Source: Nemertoderma westbladi (taxonomy: Eukaryota; Animalia; Xenacoelomorpha). From it: DNA of 47,599 nucleotides. The first letter of the stretch is position 1; every line of letters begins with the position of its first letter. Below are positions 1 to 11,200 of the stretch, piece after piece. Both the position numbers and the translations under genes were made by a program. The DNA lies in the NCBI GenBank assembly GCA_032718475.1, contig JAUCBJ010001587.1, forward strand, positions 1-47,599, read 5' to 3'. The notes beneath the pieces were generated by a model, which worked only from the letters and a program-made list of their open reading frames with translations, ran no database searches and was not told the origin of the DNA.

Positions 1-7
1 TAGGGTA

Positions 8-90
8 CCTACACCTACCTACATTCACCCTACACGTGCACCTACATGTAGGCTACACATACCTACATGTAGCCTCTATGTAGGCTATAC
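8..90. repeat. Short dispersed repeat (CCTACATGTAGG-rich), homologous in inverted orientation to 41505-41593
   Basis: The reverse complement of 8-90 aligns by eye with 41505-41593 with few mismatches and one 8-nt duplication. Confidence 0.75.
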
Positions 91-474
91 CTCTACGCAA
101 AAGTTATACCCCTCGACACTGGCTAACTGACCTAGCTGCCTACAGGCCTAGTAAAGTACCGATAGTCAGTGTTATAGGCCTAATTATTTAGTTTCAGTAT
201 TTGTACTATAGTTTGTGATTATCTTATTCAATTACCAGTTTAGTACAGTAGTAAGGACTAAATTAGGACTATTATAATAAATAATAATTGTATTCGATAA
301 AAAGGAATAGCAAAACATCCCTTTTTTCACTCATTTACAATTTAGCGAAATTCAAATATTCTGTCCGAGTGATTGAGTTTTACACGATTTGGCTTCGGTC
401 TCAAGGTGTAAGTAATATTATGGTTTTGTTCAGACGTGGAAAAAATGAGAAAGCGCGTCACCGTGGGTTGAACC

Positions 475-526
475 AGCGCTATACGTACGTTTCGGCCTAA
501 CAGGCCTCATCAGTAGGCCTAGCGCT
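475..526 (-). ncRNA. Type I hammerhead ribozyme with minimal palindromic helix III (Penelope/retrozyme-type)
   Basis: Minus strand reads AGCG-CUAGGC-CUA-CUGAUGA-GGCC-UGUUA-GGCC-GAAAC-GUAC-GUA^UAG-CGCU. The catalytic core is complete. Helix II is GGCC/GGCC, helix III is AC/GU closing GUAC, and helix I is CUA/UAG plus AGCG/CGCU with a 6-nt bulge. Predicted cleavage is between 482 and 481. Confidence 0.88.
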
Positions 527-676
527 AAACCAGCTCAGCCACTAGACCCTGACACTCACACTCCCGGATAATCCACTTCTATTGAACGGGCAATCTTAAT
601 TAATTTCTTTCTTATTTCTTCCTTATCTTATTTAATTGTTTACAAACACAGTTAAGAACGGATTTTTGACATCTAT

Positions 677-945
677 AATAATAATAATAATAATAATAAT
701 ATTGGTTATTTATATAGCGCTTTATTATGCTCGGCATACTCAAAGCGCTTTTATTATCATTACCCCAGCAAAGCCAGGTTCCCATTATACCGCTGGGTTG
801 ACGTAGGCACTAATGTCTAAAGTGTCTAATGTCCTAGGGACACAACAGTGCGAAATTTCTACAGCCTTTAGTCGGATTCGAACCTGCGCCACCAAACACT
901 ATTGTGTAAGCAGTTCAGGCGCCGTATCCACTCGGACACTGCGAC
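677..945 (-). mobile_element. tRNA-derived SINE with (ATT)n tail and target-site duplication
   Basis: Minus-strand head GTCGCAGTGTCCGAGTGG (A box) ... GGTTCGAATCC (B box); central CAACCCAGCGGTATAATGGGAACC motif; L2-type tail AAGCGCTTTGAG...AAAGCGCTATATAAAT followed by (ATT)n. The direct repeat GACATCTAT occurs at 668-676 and 943-951. Confidence 0.85.
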
Positions 946-1383
946 ATCTATCTACTGTAAGTACCGGTATTCCTTAATGTGTGAGTTGTAGGGGCCTATA
1001 TGCTGAGATATTAGTTAAGAAAAAGTAAAAAATTAGAGAAGGAAAGTAAAAAAAATTAGTGAAGGATCAAAGTAAAAATTAGTGATTTAATAACCAAATC
1101 TAATAACTCAGATCCAAAAATATCAAAATATTATTTTGAGTGAACCTTACAGGAAATTTTATGGGGATTTCAAATATGCAATCGGTTTCCCCATACCCCC
1201 TATACTTTTTGAGTTACATGTCGATATGTTTTGCTAGTTTTAATACAATTTATTGGATAAAAGTCCAAAAAGAGACAATATTTTGATGTCTTTTACCCCG
1301 AAATTCGTGAAATGTGTTCCATTGCAGAACAATGATTATATTAGTTTTGGAGGGAAATTTGAAACGTATACAGTTCTCCTGAT

Positions 1384-3025
1384 ATGGTGAATGGTGATAA
1401 TGAACGGCTTATTAAAAACTTGATCACCCAATTACATTCCCAATCAAATTGCATTGGAACTATGAACGTTTGCGAAACGACCAAACGCGGATATAATGTT
1501 CAGTATAATGGGAAGTGCGATACCTGTACTTGGACTTATTCGACTGGTACTAGCGAGATTATTCCGCCAACTACAACTGGAAGACCGGCTGCAGATGTCA
1601 ATCTTAGGTCTGTCAGTCTGTATTGGCCTGGCTTTGTGTTGGCGCAACTCGGGGAGATGCAGAGACGTTTTCTCGTATAATGTCGTTGCATTCTCCAGTT
1701 CGTAAACGAGACTGGCAGTTAAAAGTCAACTTGATATCTTGAGGCAATGTAACAAACAGTGCAAACAAAGAGGAAGACAGTGAGATATGTGTCTCATTCG
1801 ACGGGACCTGGATGAGAAGAGGATATCAATCACTATATTATGGGGTCGCATTTATTATATCGGAAAGTACCGGTCATGTACTTGATTTCGACGTCTGTTC
1901 AAAATATTGTAACGTTTGTAGCCGCCAACCGGATAGTCACCAGGATGATGATGAGGAACATGATTGCAATATTAACTATTCCGGATCCAGTTCGGGGATG
2001 GAGTCCCATTTAGCTGTAAAGATTTTTAGTAGATCTGTGGCCAATAATGGTTTGGTGTATGCGTCCTGTACATCAGTAGCGTCATGAAGGCCATTCTAGA
2101 GGCTGATCCCTATAATGAACAATCAGTCACTGTTAAAAAAAAATAATGTATCAACCATGTGGCCAAGCTACGGTGGCTGAATTGTGCCACTTAATACTTT
2201 TTTTTATTTTTTTTTGAAGCGACTTTTTGGTCGACCAAAAAGTACTTTTTGGTCGACCAAAAAGTCGCTTCAAAAAAAAAATAAAAAAAGTATTAAGTGG
2301 CACAATTCAGCCACCGTACCAAGCGCTTATATACTGTTTTTGCAAATTCTCATAAGGACCATAAACTCGGGGGGAAGGGTGGTCGTACAGATGCTCGATG
2401 TCGGCAGCTACAATCATATTACCGCAATGCAATTGTAAGCAATAGTTCTGGCATTGACATTACTAAACTGACGGATTTCGATAATTCCAAACTAATTGAA
2501 AAAATCCGAACATAAGTTATTGCTTCCATTCATCACCACTGTGATTATGGAGTCAATATTGAGAAGCGCCATCAGTACTGCCCAGACCAAAAGTGGTGCG
2601 AGTTTAATAACGATGTTCCAAATTACAAACCTGTTACGGTAATAAAGAAAACTAACTTGAAGTTTGTATTGCCGGTATACGAGCGCCTGACAACCAATGA
2701 AATTCTAGAACGTTGTATTCCGGGGCTCACTCGAATAGAAACGAGTCACTTCATTCTGTTGTGGTCGCGCATTTCGAAGGAAACGTTTGTTGGGCTAAAA
2801 ACCCTTATGTTTCAAGTTTCATATGCGGTTCTAGTGCACAATAGGGGGTGTAGTGCCGAGCAGATAATTTTGAAAAAACTAGCGTTGGAGGTAGACGAGG
2901 GTTACCTATTGGAAAGAGCTGAGAAGGTCAACCTGAAAAGACAGGCAAAGAGTGCTGAATATAAGGTGTCGAAGAAGTGGGAGGCACCTGATCCCAAAAA
3001 TGACGTCTCTGGATCTTTCTTATAA
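1384..3025 (+). pseudogene. Decayed DDE transposase of a Mutator-like (Kolobok-type) DNA transposon
   Basis: Motifs occur in order across frameshifts: CxxC...DVNLR, VSFDGTWMRRGYQS, TGHVLD...SKYCNVC, CNINYSGSSSGME, CINHVAKR (restored after removing the MITE), KLGGKG...LQSYYRNAI, HQYCP...WC, LERC..GLT(Q)NRNESLHS..WSRISK. There are multiple stops and indels, and the DGD motif is lost. Confidence 0.85.
2169..2318. mobile_element. 150-bp palindromic MITE, IS3EU-like (TACGG...CCGTA termini, 6-bp TSD)
   Basis: The whole element is an essentially perfect inverted repeat centred on AGTACT. It is flanked by CCAAGC at 2163-2168 and 2319-2324. Removing it rejoins the transposase H-V-A-K-R-L reading. Confidence 0.88.
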
Positions 3026-3088
3026 CTGTAAGAATTTCCATATATCGTCCGTTTTTATGTCATTACAATTTTTGAAATTTTTGTGGTT

Positions 3089-6000
3089 ATGTCATCTGGA
3101 TCCTCCTTACCAACAACCTGCGTACAACACGTCATCTGGAACCTCCTTACCATCAACCTGCGTACAACACGTCATCTGGAACCTCCTTACCAACAACCTG
3201 CGTACAACACGTTATCTGGAACCTCCTTACCATCAACCTGCGTACAACACCTATTTTACGTCATCTGGAACCTCCTTACCAACAACCTGCGTACAACACG
3301 TCATCTGGAACCTCCTTACCAACAACCTGTGTACAACACCTATTTTACATCACCTGGAACCTCCTTACCATCAACCTGCGTACAACATGTCATCTGGAAC
3401 CTCCTTACCATCAACCTGCGTACAACACCTATTTTACGTCATCTGGAACTTCTTTACCATCAACCTGCGTACAACACCTATTTTACATCATCTGGAACCT
3501 CCTTACCATCAACCTGCGTACAACACCTATTTTACGTCATCTGGAACCTCCTTACCATCAACCTGCGTACAACACCTATTTTACGTCATCTGGAACCTCC
3601 TTACCATCAACCTGCTTGCAACACCTATTTTACGTCATCTGGAACCTCCTTACCATCAACCTGCGTACAACACCTATTTTACGTCATCTGGAACCTCCTT
3701 ACCATCAACCTGCGTACAACACGTCATCTGGAACCTCCTTACCAACAACCTGGGTACAACACGTCATCTGGAACCTCCTTACCATTAACCTGCGTACAAC
3801 ACGTCATGTGGAACCTCCTTACCATCAACCTGCGTACAACACCTATTTTACGTCATCTGGATGCTCCTTACCATCAACCTGTGTACAACACGTCATTTGG
3901 AACCTCCTTACCAACAACCTGCGTACAACACGTCATCTGGAACCTCCTTACCATCAACCTGCGTACAACACCTATTTTACGTCATCTGGAACCTCCTTAC
4001 CATCAACCTGCGTACAACACGTCATCTGGAACCTCCTTACCAACAACCTGCGTAAAAAACACCTATTTTACGTCATCTGGAACCTCCTTACCAACAACCT
4101 GCGTACAACACGTCATCTGGAACCTCCTTACCAACAACCTGTGTACAACACCTATTTTACATCATCTGGAACCTCCTTACCATCAACCTGCGTACAACAC
4201 GTCATCTGGAACCTCCTTACCATCAACCTGCGAACAACACGTCATCTGGAACCTCCTTACCAACAACCTGCGTACAACACCTATTTTACGTCATCTGGAA
4301 CCTCCTTACCAACAACCTGCGTACAACACGTCATCTGGAACCTCCTTACCAACAACCTGCGTACAACACGTCATCTGGAACCTCCTTTCCAACAACCTGC
4401 GTACAACACGTCATCTGGAACCTCCTTACCAACAACCTGCGTACAACACGTCATCTGGAACCTCCTTACCAACAACCTGCGTACAACACATCATCTGGAA
4501 CCTCCTTACCAACAACCTGCGTACAACATCTATTTTACGTCATCTGGAACCTCCTTACCATTAACCTGCGTACAACACGTCACCTGGAACCTCGTTACCA
4601 ACAACCTGCGTACAACACGTCATCTGGAACCTCCTTACCATCCACCTGCGTACAACACTTCATGTGGAACCTCCTTACCATCAACCTGCGTACAACACCT
4701 ATTTTACGTCATCTGGAACCTCCTTACCATCAACCTGCGTACAACACCTATTTTACGTCATCTGGAACCTCCTTACCATCAACCTGCGTACAACATCTAT
4801 TTTACATCATCTGGAACCTCCTTACCATCCACCTGCGTACAACACTTCATGTGGAACCTCCTTACCATCAACCTGCGTACAACACCTATTTTACATCATC
4901 TGGAACCTCCTTACCATCAACCTGCGTACAACACGTCACCTGGAACCTCCTTACCAACAACCTGCGTACAACACCTATTTTACATCATCTGGAACCTCCT
5001 TACCATCAACCTGCGTACAACACCTATTTTACGTCATCTGGAACTTCTTTACCATCAACCTGCGTACAACACCTATTTTACGTCATCTGGAACCTCCTTA
5101 CCAACAACCTGCGTACAACACGTCATCTGGAACCTCCTTACCATTAACCTGCGTACAACACGTCACCTGGAACCTCCTTACCAACAACCTGCGTACAACA
5201 CGTCATCTGGAACCTCCTTACCATCCACCTGCGTACAACACTTCATGTGGAACCTCCTTACCATCAACCTGCGTACAACACCTATTTTACGTCATCTGGA
5301 ACCTCCTTACCATCAACCTGCGTACAACACCTATTTTACGTCATCTGGAACCTCCTTACCATCAACCTGCGTACAACATCTATTTTACATCATCTGGAAC
5401 CTCCTTACCATCCACCTGCGTACAACACTTCATGTGGAACCTCCTTACCATCAACCTGCGTACAACACCTATTTTACATCATCTGGAACCTCCTTACCAT
5501 CAACCTGCGTACAACACCTATTTTACGTCATCTGGAACTTCTTTACCATCAACCTGCGTACAACACCTATTTTACGTCATCTGGAACTTCTTTACCATCA
5601 ACCTGCGTACAACATCTATTTTACGTCATCTGGAACCTCCTTACCATCAACCTGCGTACAACACGTCATCTGGAACCTCCTTACCATTAACCTGCGTACA
5701 ACACGTCACCTGGAACCTCCTTACCAACAACCTGCGTACAACACGTCATGTGGAACCTCCTTACCATCAACCTGCGTACAACACCTATTTTACGTCATCT
5801 GGAACCTCCTTACCATCAACCTGCGTACAACACCTATTTTACGTCATCTGGAACCTCCTTACCATCAACCTGCGTACAACATCTATTTTACATCATCTGG
5901 AACCTCCTTACCATCCACCTGCGTACAACACTTCATGTGGAACCTCCTTACCATCAACCTGCGTACAACACCTATTTTACATCATCTGGAACCTCCTTAC

Positions 6001-6718
6001 CATCAACCTGCGTACAACACCTATTTTACGTCATCTGGAACCTCCTTACCATCAACCTGCGTACAACACTTCATGTGGAACCTCCTTACCATCAACCTGC
6101 GTACAACACCTATTTTACGTCATCTGGAACCTCCTTACCATCAACCTGCGTACAACACCTATTTTACGTCATCTGGAACCTCCTTACCATCAACCTGCGT
6201 ACAACATCTATTTTACATCATCTGGAACCTCCTTACCATCCACCTGCGTACAACACTTCATGTGGAACCTCCTTACCATCAACCTGCGTACAACACCTAT
6301 TTTACATCATCTGGAACCTCCTTACCATCAACCTGCGTACAACACCTATTTTACGTCATCTGGAACTTCTTTACCATCAACCTGCGTACAACACCTATTT
6401 TACGTCATCTGGAACTTCTTTACCATCAACCTGCGTACAACATCTATTTTACGTCATCTGGAACCTCCTTACCATCAACCTGCGTACAACACGTCATCTG
6501 GAACCTCCTTACCATCAACCTGCGTACAACACGTCATCTGGAACCTCATTACCATCAACCTGCGTACAACACCTCATGTGGAACCTCCTTACCATCAACC
6601 TGCGTACAACACCTATTTTACGTCATCTGGAACCTCCTTACCATCAACCTGCGTACAACACCTATTTTATGTCATCTGGAACCTCCTTACCATCAACCTG
6701 CGTACAATACCTATTTTT
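3089..6718. repeat. Tandem satellite of interspersed 40-bp and 49-bp monomers (~80 copies)
   Basis: The unit is GTCATCTGGAACCTCCTTACCATCAACCTGCGTACAACAC with or without CTATTTTAC. Higher-order duplications are visible, e.g. CATGTGGAAC variants at 4661/4848 recur at 5244/5431, offset 583. Confidence 0.97.
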
Positions 6719-7218
6719 AAATCCTAAAAATTTATTTGGAATCTCTAATGAAACCGTTAATTTTTCGAACGAGACATGCTGTTGGTTTGCTGTAGTAGAC
6801 CTATGGTTACGTTTTTTAGAGGTCGTTGACATCTGGTAGACTTCGTTGTACTGATTTTTACGTTGTTGTGACTACACTTTGTGAGAAGAATTATTATCGT
6901 CATCTGTATGCCTATCATGTTCTGAGTTGGGGACGACACCATGAGGTAGGGACTGTCTGTACGGGACCTAAATCAACGTCTGGGCCAGATTTTCCTATGC
7001 ACTCTGGTTAGTCTGTGACTATACTTCCATATGCATCCTGCGGTATACATGTATTCTCAGTAGCTTGTCGCCTGGAGTTAGACTTTCTGGACTTACTCTG
7101 ATCAGGCTGATTAGACTGATCTACTGACTGCGGGTGCTCACTCACTGTGCCTACACTCCGCGATTGTGCATATAATGCACCACCAATGCAATAATGCAAC
7201 GCAATAATACATGCTGAG

Positions 7219-7495
7219 TTCCACCTTGGTGTAGTGGTTGCATTGAATTCACATCTCCCGTAGGTCGTGGGTTCGATCATCACATGGGCCAGGGCAGTTT
7301 TCGTTTCGACACGAATGCTTTAAAGGGACCAGCCAGGGCGCATCTCTGCCTTGCATCCTTAAGTGGTAGCTAAATGAGTACTGGAGTTTCCTCTGGGGAG
7401 TAAAGTTCTGGGGGGACCGCACTGGAAATAAGTCGTGAGACTTTGTGCGTAATCCCAGGCCTAGCGGCCGGCGCTGTGTTTAGGGATTGATACAT
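7219..7495 (+). mobile_element. Degenerate tRNA-derived SINE (second family)
   Basis: A box TGGTGTAGTGG (7227-7237), B box GGTTCGATC (7270-7278), and central CTCTGCCTTGCATCCTT...TAAATGAGTAC resembling a conserved invertebrate SINE central domain. The 3' end is approximate. Confidence 0.65.
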
Positions 7496-8241
7496 TATGT
7501 TTCTTATTAACAGGTAACTGTTGGGTGCTGCGGTGTGGTGACGCCATTAAACCATTAATCCGTTACGTCATTGTTTCGGGTTTATATACTGTGTTAATTT
7601 GTGAATATAAGCGTCACATTTGCTACAACCTCCTCAAGTTGCTGATAGTTACAAGGCGGTTCTCTGGAATAGAGGACAAATTTACTATTTTGGGTGTCTG
7701 TTCTGTATATTGTTCTTTTGTGTTCTTTTGTGGGTCTGCAATACGTGGTGGAAGTTGTCTAACACCTTCATCTGCCGACTTCTCTGACAGCTCATCATCA
7801 TTATATTACTCTGTATCAGTTCTAATCATATGAGGCACTGAGTTAAAGGTTAACTTATTAGGTATTCATGATAATTCTGTACGTTTGGTGTGAGGTGTTT
7901 TAATTGTTGTCATTGTCGAAGTCGGGGGTACTACAACTTCTACTGGGTCTGCTACTTCTACTGTGTCTTCTACTTACTATGTTTGGTACTTATGTGATAG
8001 CTGTAACAGGTCCATTGGCAAACAAAAATCAGGCAAGAATGTGGATTGCACATTAAGGTAAAGCCCGGGACGCTACACTCACAAGTGTCAGTCTCGATGG
8101 CTTGTTCTACTTGCTGTCTATATTCTTCTAACTGGCACTGGTGTCGAGCATGTTAGAGATCCTTTTGGTCTTAAAAATGTCTTAAATGCTGGAATATGTT
8201 GGTTTTCTTTTGCATTTCTATAATCCTATCACGTGGTCACC

Positions 8242-11200
8242 ATCATGGTGTTTGGAGTTTAGAGGCATCTCAATGTGCAACCGGGTTCGTGTACAATTAC
8301 TTTGATGATCGTGGTGTTTGGAGTTTACAGGCATCTCAATGTGCAACCGGGTTCGTGTACAATTCCTTTGATGATCGTGGTGTTTGGAGTATACAGGCAC
8401 CTCAATGTGCAACCGGGTTCGGGTACAATTCCTTTGATGATCGTCGTGTTTGGAGTTTACAGGAATCTCAATGTGCAACCGGGTTTGTGTACAATTCCTT
8501 TGATGATCGTGGTGTTTGGAGTTTACAGGCATCTCAATGTGCAGCCGTGTTCGTGTACAATTCCTTTGATGATCGTGGTGTTTGGAGTATACAGGCATCT
8601 CAATGTGCAGCCGGGTTCGTGTACAATTCCTTTGATGATCGTGGTGTTTGGAGTACAGGCATCTCAATGTGCAACCGGGTTCGTGTACAATTCATTTGAT
8701 GATCGTGGTGTTTCGAGTTTACAGGCATCTCAATGTCCAGCCGGGTTCGTGTACAATTGCTTTGATGATCGTGGTGTTTCGAGTTTACAGGCATCTCAAT
8801 GTGCAGCCGGGTTCGTTTACAATGCATTTGATGATCGTGGTATTTGGAGTACAGGCTTCTCATTGTGCAACCGGGATCGTGTACAATTCCTTTGATGATC
8901 GTGGTGTTTGGAGTTTACAGGCATCTCATTGTGCAGCCGGGTGCGTGTACAATTACTTTGATTATCGTGGTGTTTGGAGTTTACAGGCATCTCCATGTGC
9001 AACCGGGTTCGTGTACAATTCCTTTGATGATCGTGGTGTGTTTGTAGTTTACAGGCATCTCAATGTGCAGCCGTGTTCGTGTACAATTCCTTTGATGATC
9101 GTGGTGTTTGGAGTTTACAGGCATCTCAATGTGCAGCCGGGTTTGTGTACAATTCCTTTGATGATCGTGGTGTTTGGAGTTTACAGGCATCTCAATGTGC
9201 AGCCGTGTTCGTGTACAATTCCTTTGATGATCGTGGTGTTTGGAGTATACAGGCATCTCAATGTGCAGCCGGGTTCGTGTACAATTCCTTTGATGATCGT
9301 GGTGTTTGGAGTACAGGCACCTCAATGTGCAACCGGGTTCGGGTACAATTCCTTTGATGATCGTGGTGTTTGGAGTTTACAGGCATCTCAATGTGCAGCC
9401 GGGTTCGGGTACAACTCCTTTGATGATCGTGGTGTTTGGAGTTTACAGGCATCTCAATGTGCAGCCGGGTTCGGGTACAATTCCTTTGATGATCGTGGTG
9501 TTTGGAGTATACAGGCATCTCAATGTGCAGCCGGGTTCGTTTACAATTCCTTTGATGATCGTGGTGTTTGGAGTACAGGCACCTCAATGTGCAACCGGGT
9601 TCGGGTACAATTCCTTTGATGATCGTGGTGTTTGGAGTTTACAGGCATCTCAATGTGCAACCGGGTTCGTGTACAATTCCTTTGATGATCGTGGTGTTTG
9701 GAGTATACAGGCATCTCAATGTGCAGCCGGGTTCGTTTACAATTCCTTTGATGATCGTGGTGTTTGGAGTACAGGCACCTCAATGTGCAACCGGGTTCGT
9801 GTACAATTCCTTTGATGATCGTGGTGTTTCGATTTTACAGGCACCTCAATGTGCAACCGGGTTCGGGTACAATTCCTTTGATGATCGTGGTGTTTGGAGT
9901 TTACAGGCATCTCAATGTGCAGCCGGGTTCGGGTACAATTCCTTTGATGATCGTGGTGTTTGGAGTTTACAGGCATCTCAATGTGCAACCGGGTTCGTGT
10001 ACAATTCCTTTGATGATCGTGGTGTTTGAAGTTTACAGGCATCTCCATGTGCAACCGGGTTCGTGTACAATTCCTTTGATGATCGTGGTGTTTGGAGTAC
10101 AGGCACCTCAATGTGCAACCGGGTTCGGGTACAATTCCTTTGATGATCGTGGTGTTTGGAGTTTACAGGCATCTCAATGTGCAGCCGGGTTCGGGTACAA
10201 TTCCTTTGATGATCGTGGTGTTTGGAGTTTACAGGCATCTCAATGTGCAGCCGGGTTCGGGTACAATTCCTTTGATGATCGTGGTGTTTGGAGTTTACAG
10301 GCATCTCAATGTGCAGCCGGGTTCGTGTACAATTACTTTGATGATCGTGGTGTTTGGAGTACAGGCACCTCAATGTGCAACCGGGTTCGTGTACAATTCC
10401 TTTGATGATCGTGGTGTTTGGAGTTTACAGGCATCTCAATGTGCAGCCGGGTTCGGGTACAATTCCTTTGATGATCGTGGTGTTTGGAGTTTACAGGCAT
10501 CTCAATGTGCAACCGGGTTCGGGTACAAATCCTTTGATAATCGTGGTGTTTGTAGTTTACAGGCATCTCAATGTGCAGCCGGGTTCGTGTACAATTACTT
10601 TGATTATCGTGGTGTTTGGAGTTTACAGGCATCTCAATGTGCAGCCGGGTTCGGGTACAATTCCTTTGATGATCGTGGTGTTTGGAGTTTACAGGCATCT
10701 CAATGTGCAACCGGGTTCGTGTACAATTACTTTGATTATCGTGGTGTTTGGAGTTTACAGGCATCTCAATGTGCAGCCGGGTTCGTGTACAATTACTTTG
10801 ATTAGCGTGGTGTTTTTCAGTTTACAGGCATCTCAATGTGCAGCCGGGTTCGTGTACAATTACTTTGATTATCGTGGTGTTTTTCAGTTTACAGGCATCT
10901 CAATGTGCAGCCGGGTTCGTGTACAATTCCTTTGATGATCGTGGTGTTTGGAGTTTACAGGCATCTCAATGTGCAGCCGGGTTCGTTTACAATTCCTTTG
11001 ATGATCGTGGTGTTTGGAGTTTACAGGCATCTCAATGTGCAGCCGTGTTCGTGTACAATTCCTTTGATGATCGTGGTGTTTGGAGTTTACAGGCATCTCA
11101 ATGTGCAGCCGGGTTTGTGTACAATTCCTTTGATGATCGTGGTGTTTGGAGTTTACAGGCATCTCAATGTGCAGCCGGGTTTGTGTACAATTCCTTTGAT

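Noticed and set aside
865-945. tRNA gene (minus strand)
   Set aside because: It has no intact cloverleaf and continues into a SINE body, tail and TSD, so it is a SINE head.
2952-6839. Long ORFs (up to 1034 aa) in all three plus frames
   Set aside because: The 40/49-bp monomers lack plus-strand stops, and all frames give the same cyclic peptide, so these are satellite artefacts.
7500-8230. Possible decayed minus-strand coding sequence (T/E/V/P-rich)
   Set aside because: It has multiple stops and no motif I can recognise, so it cannot be supported without a homology search.
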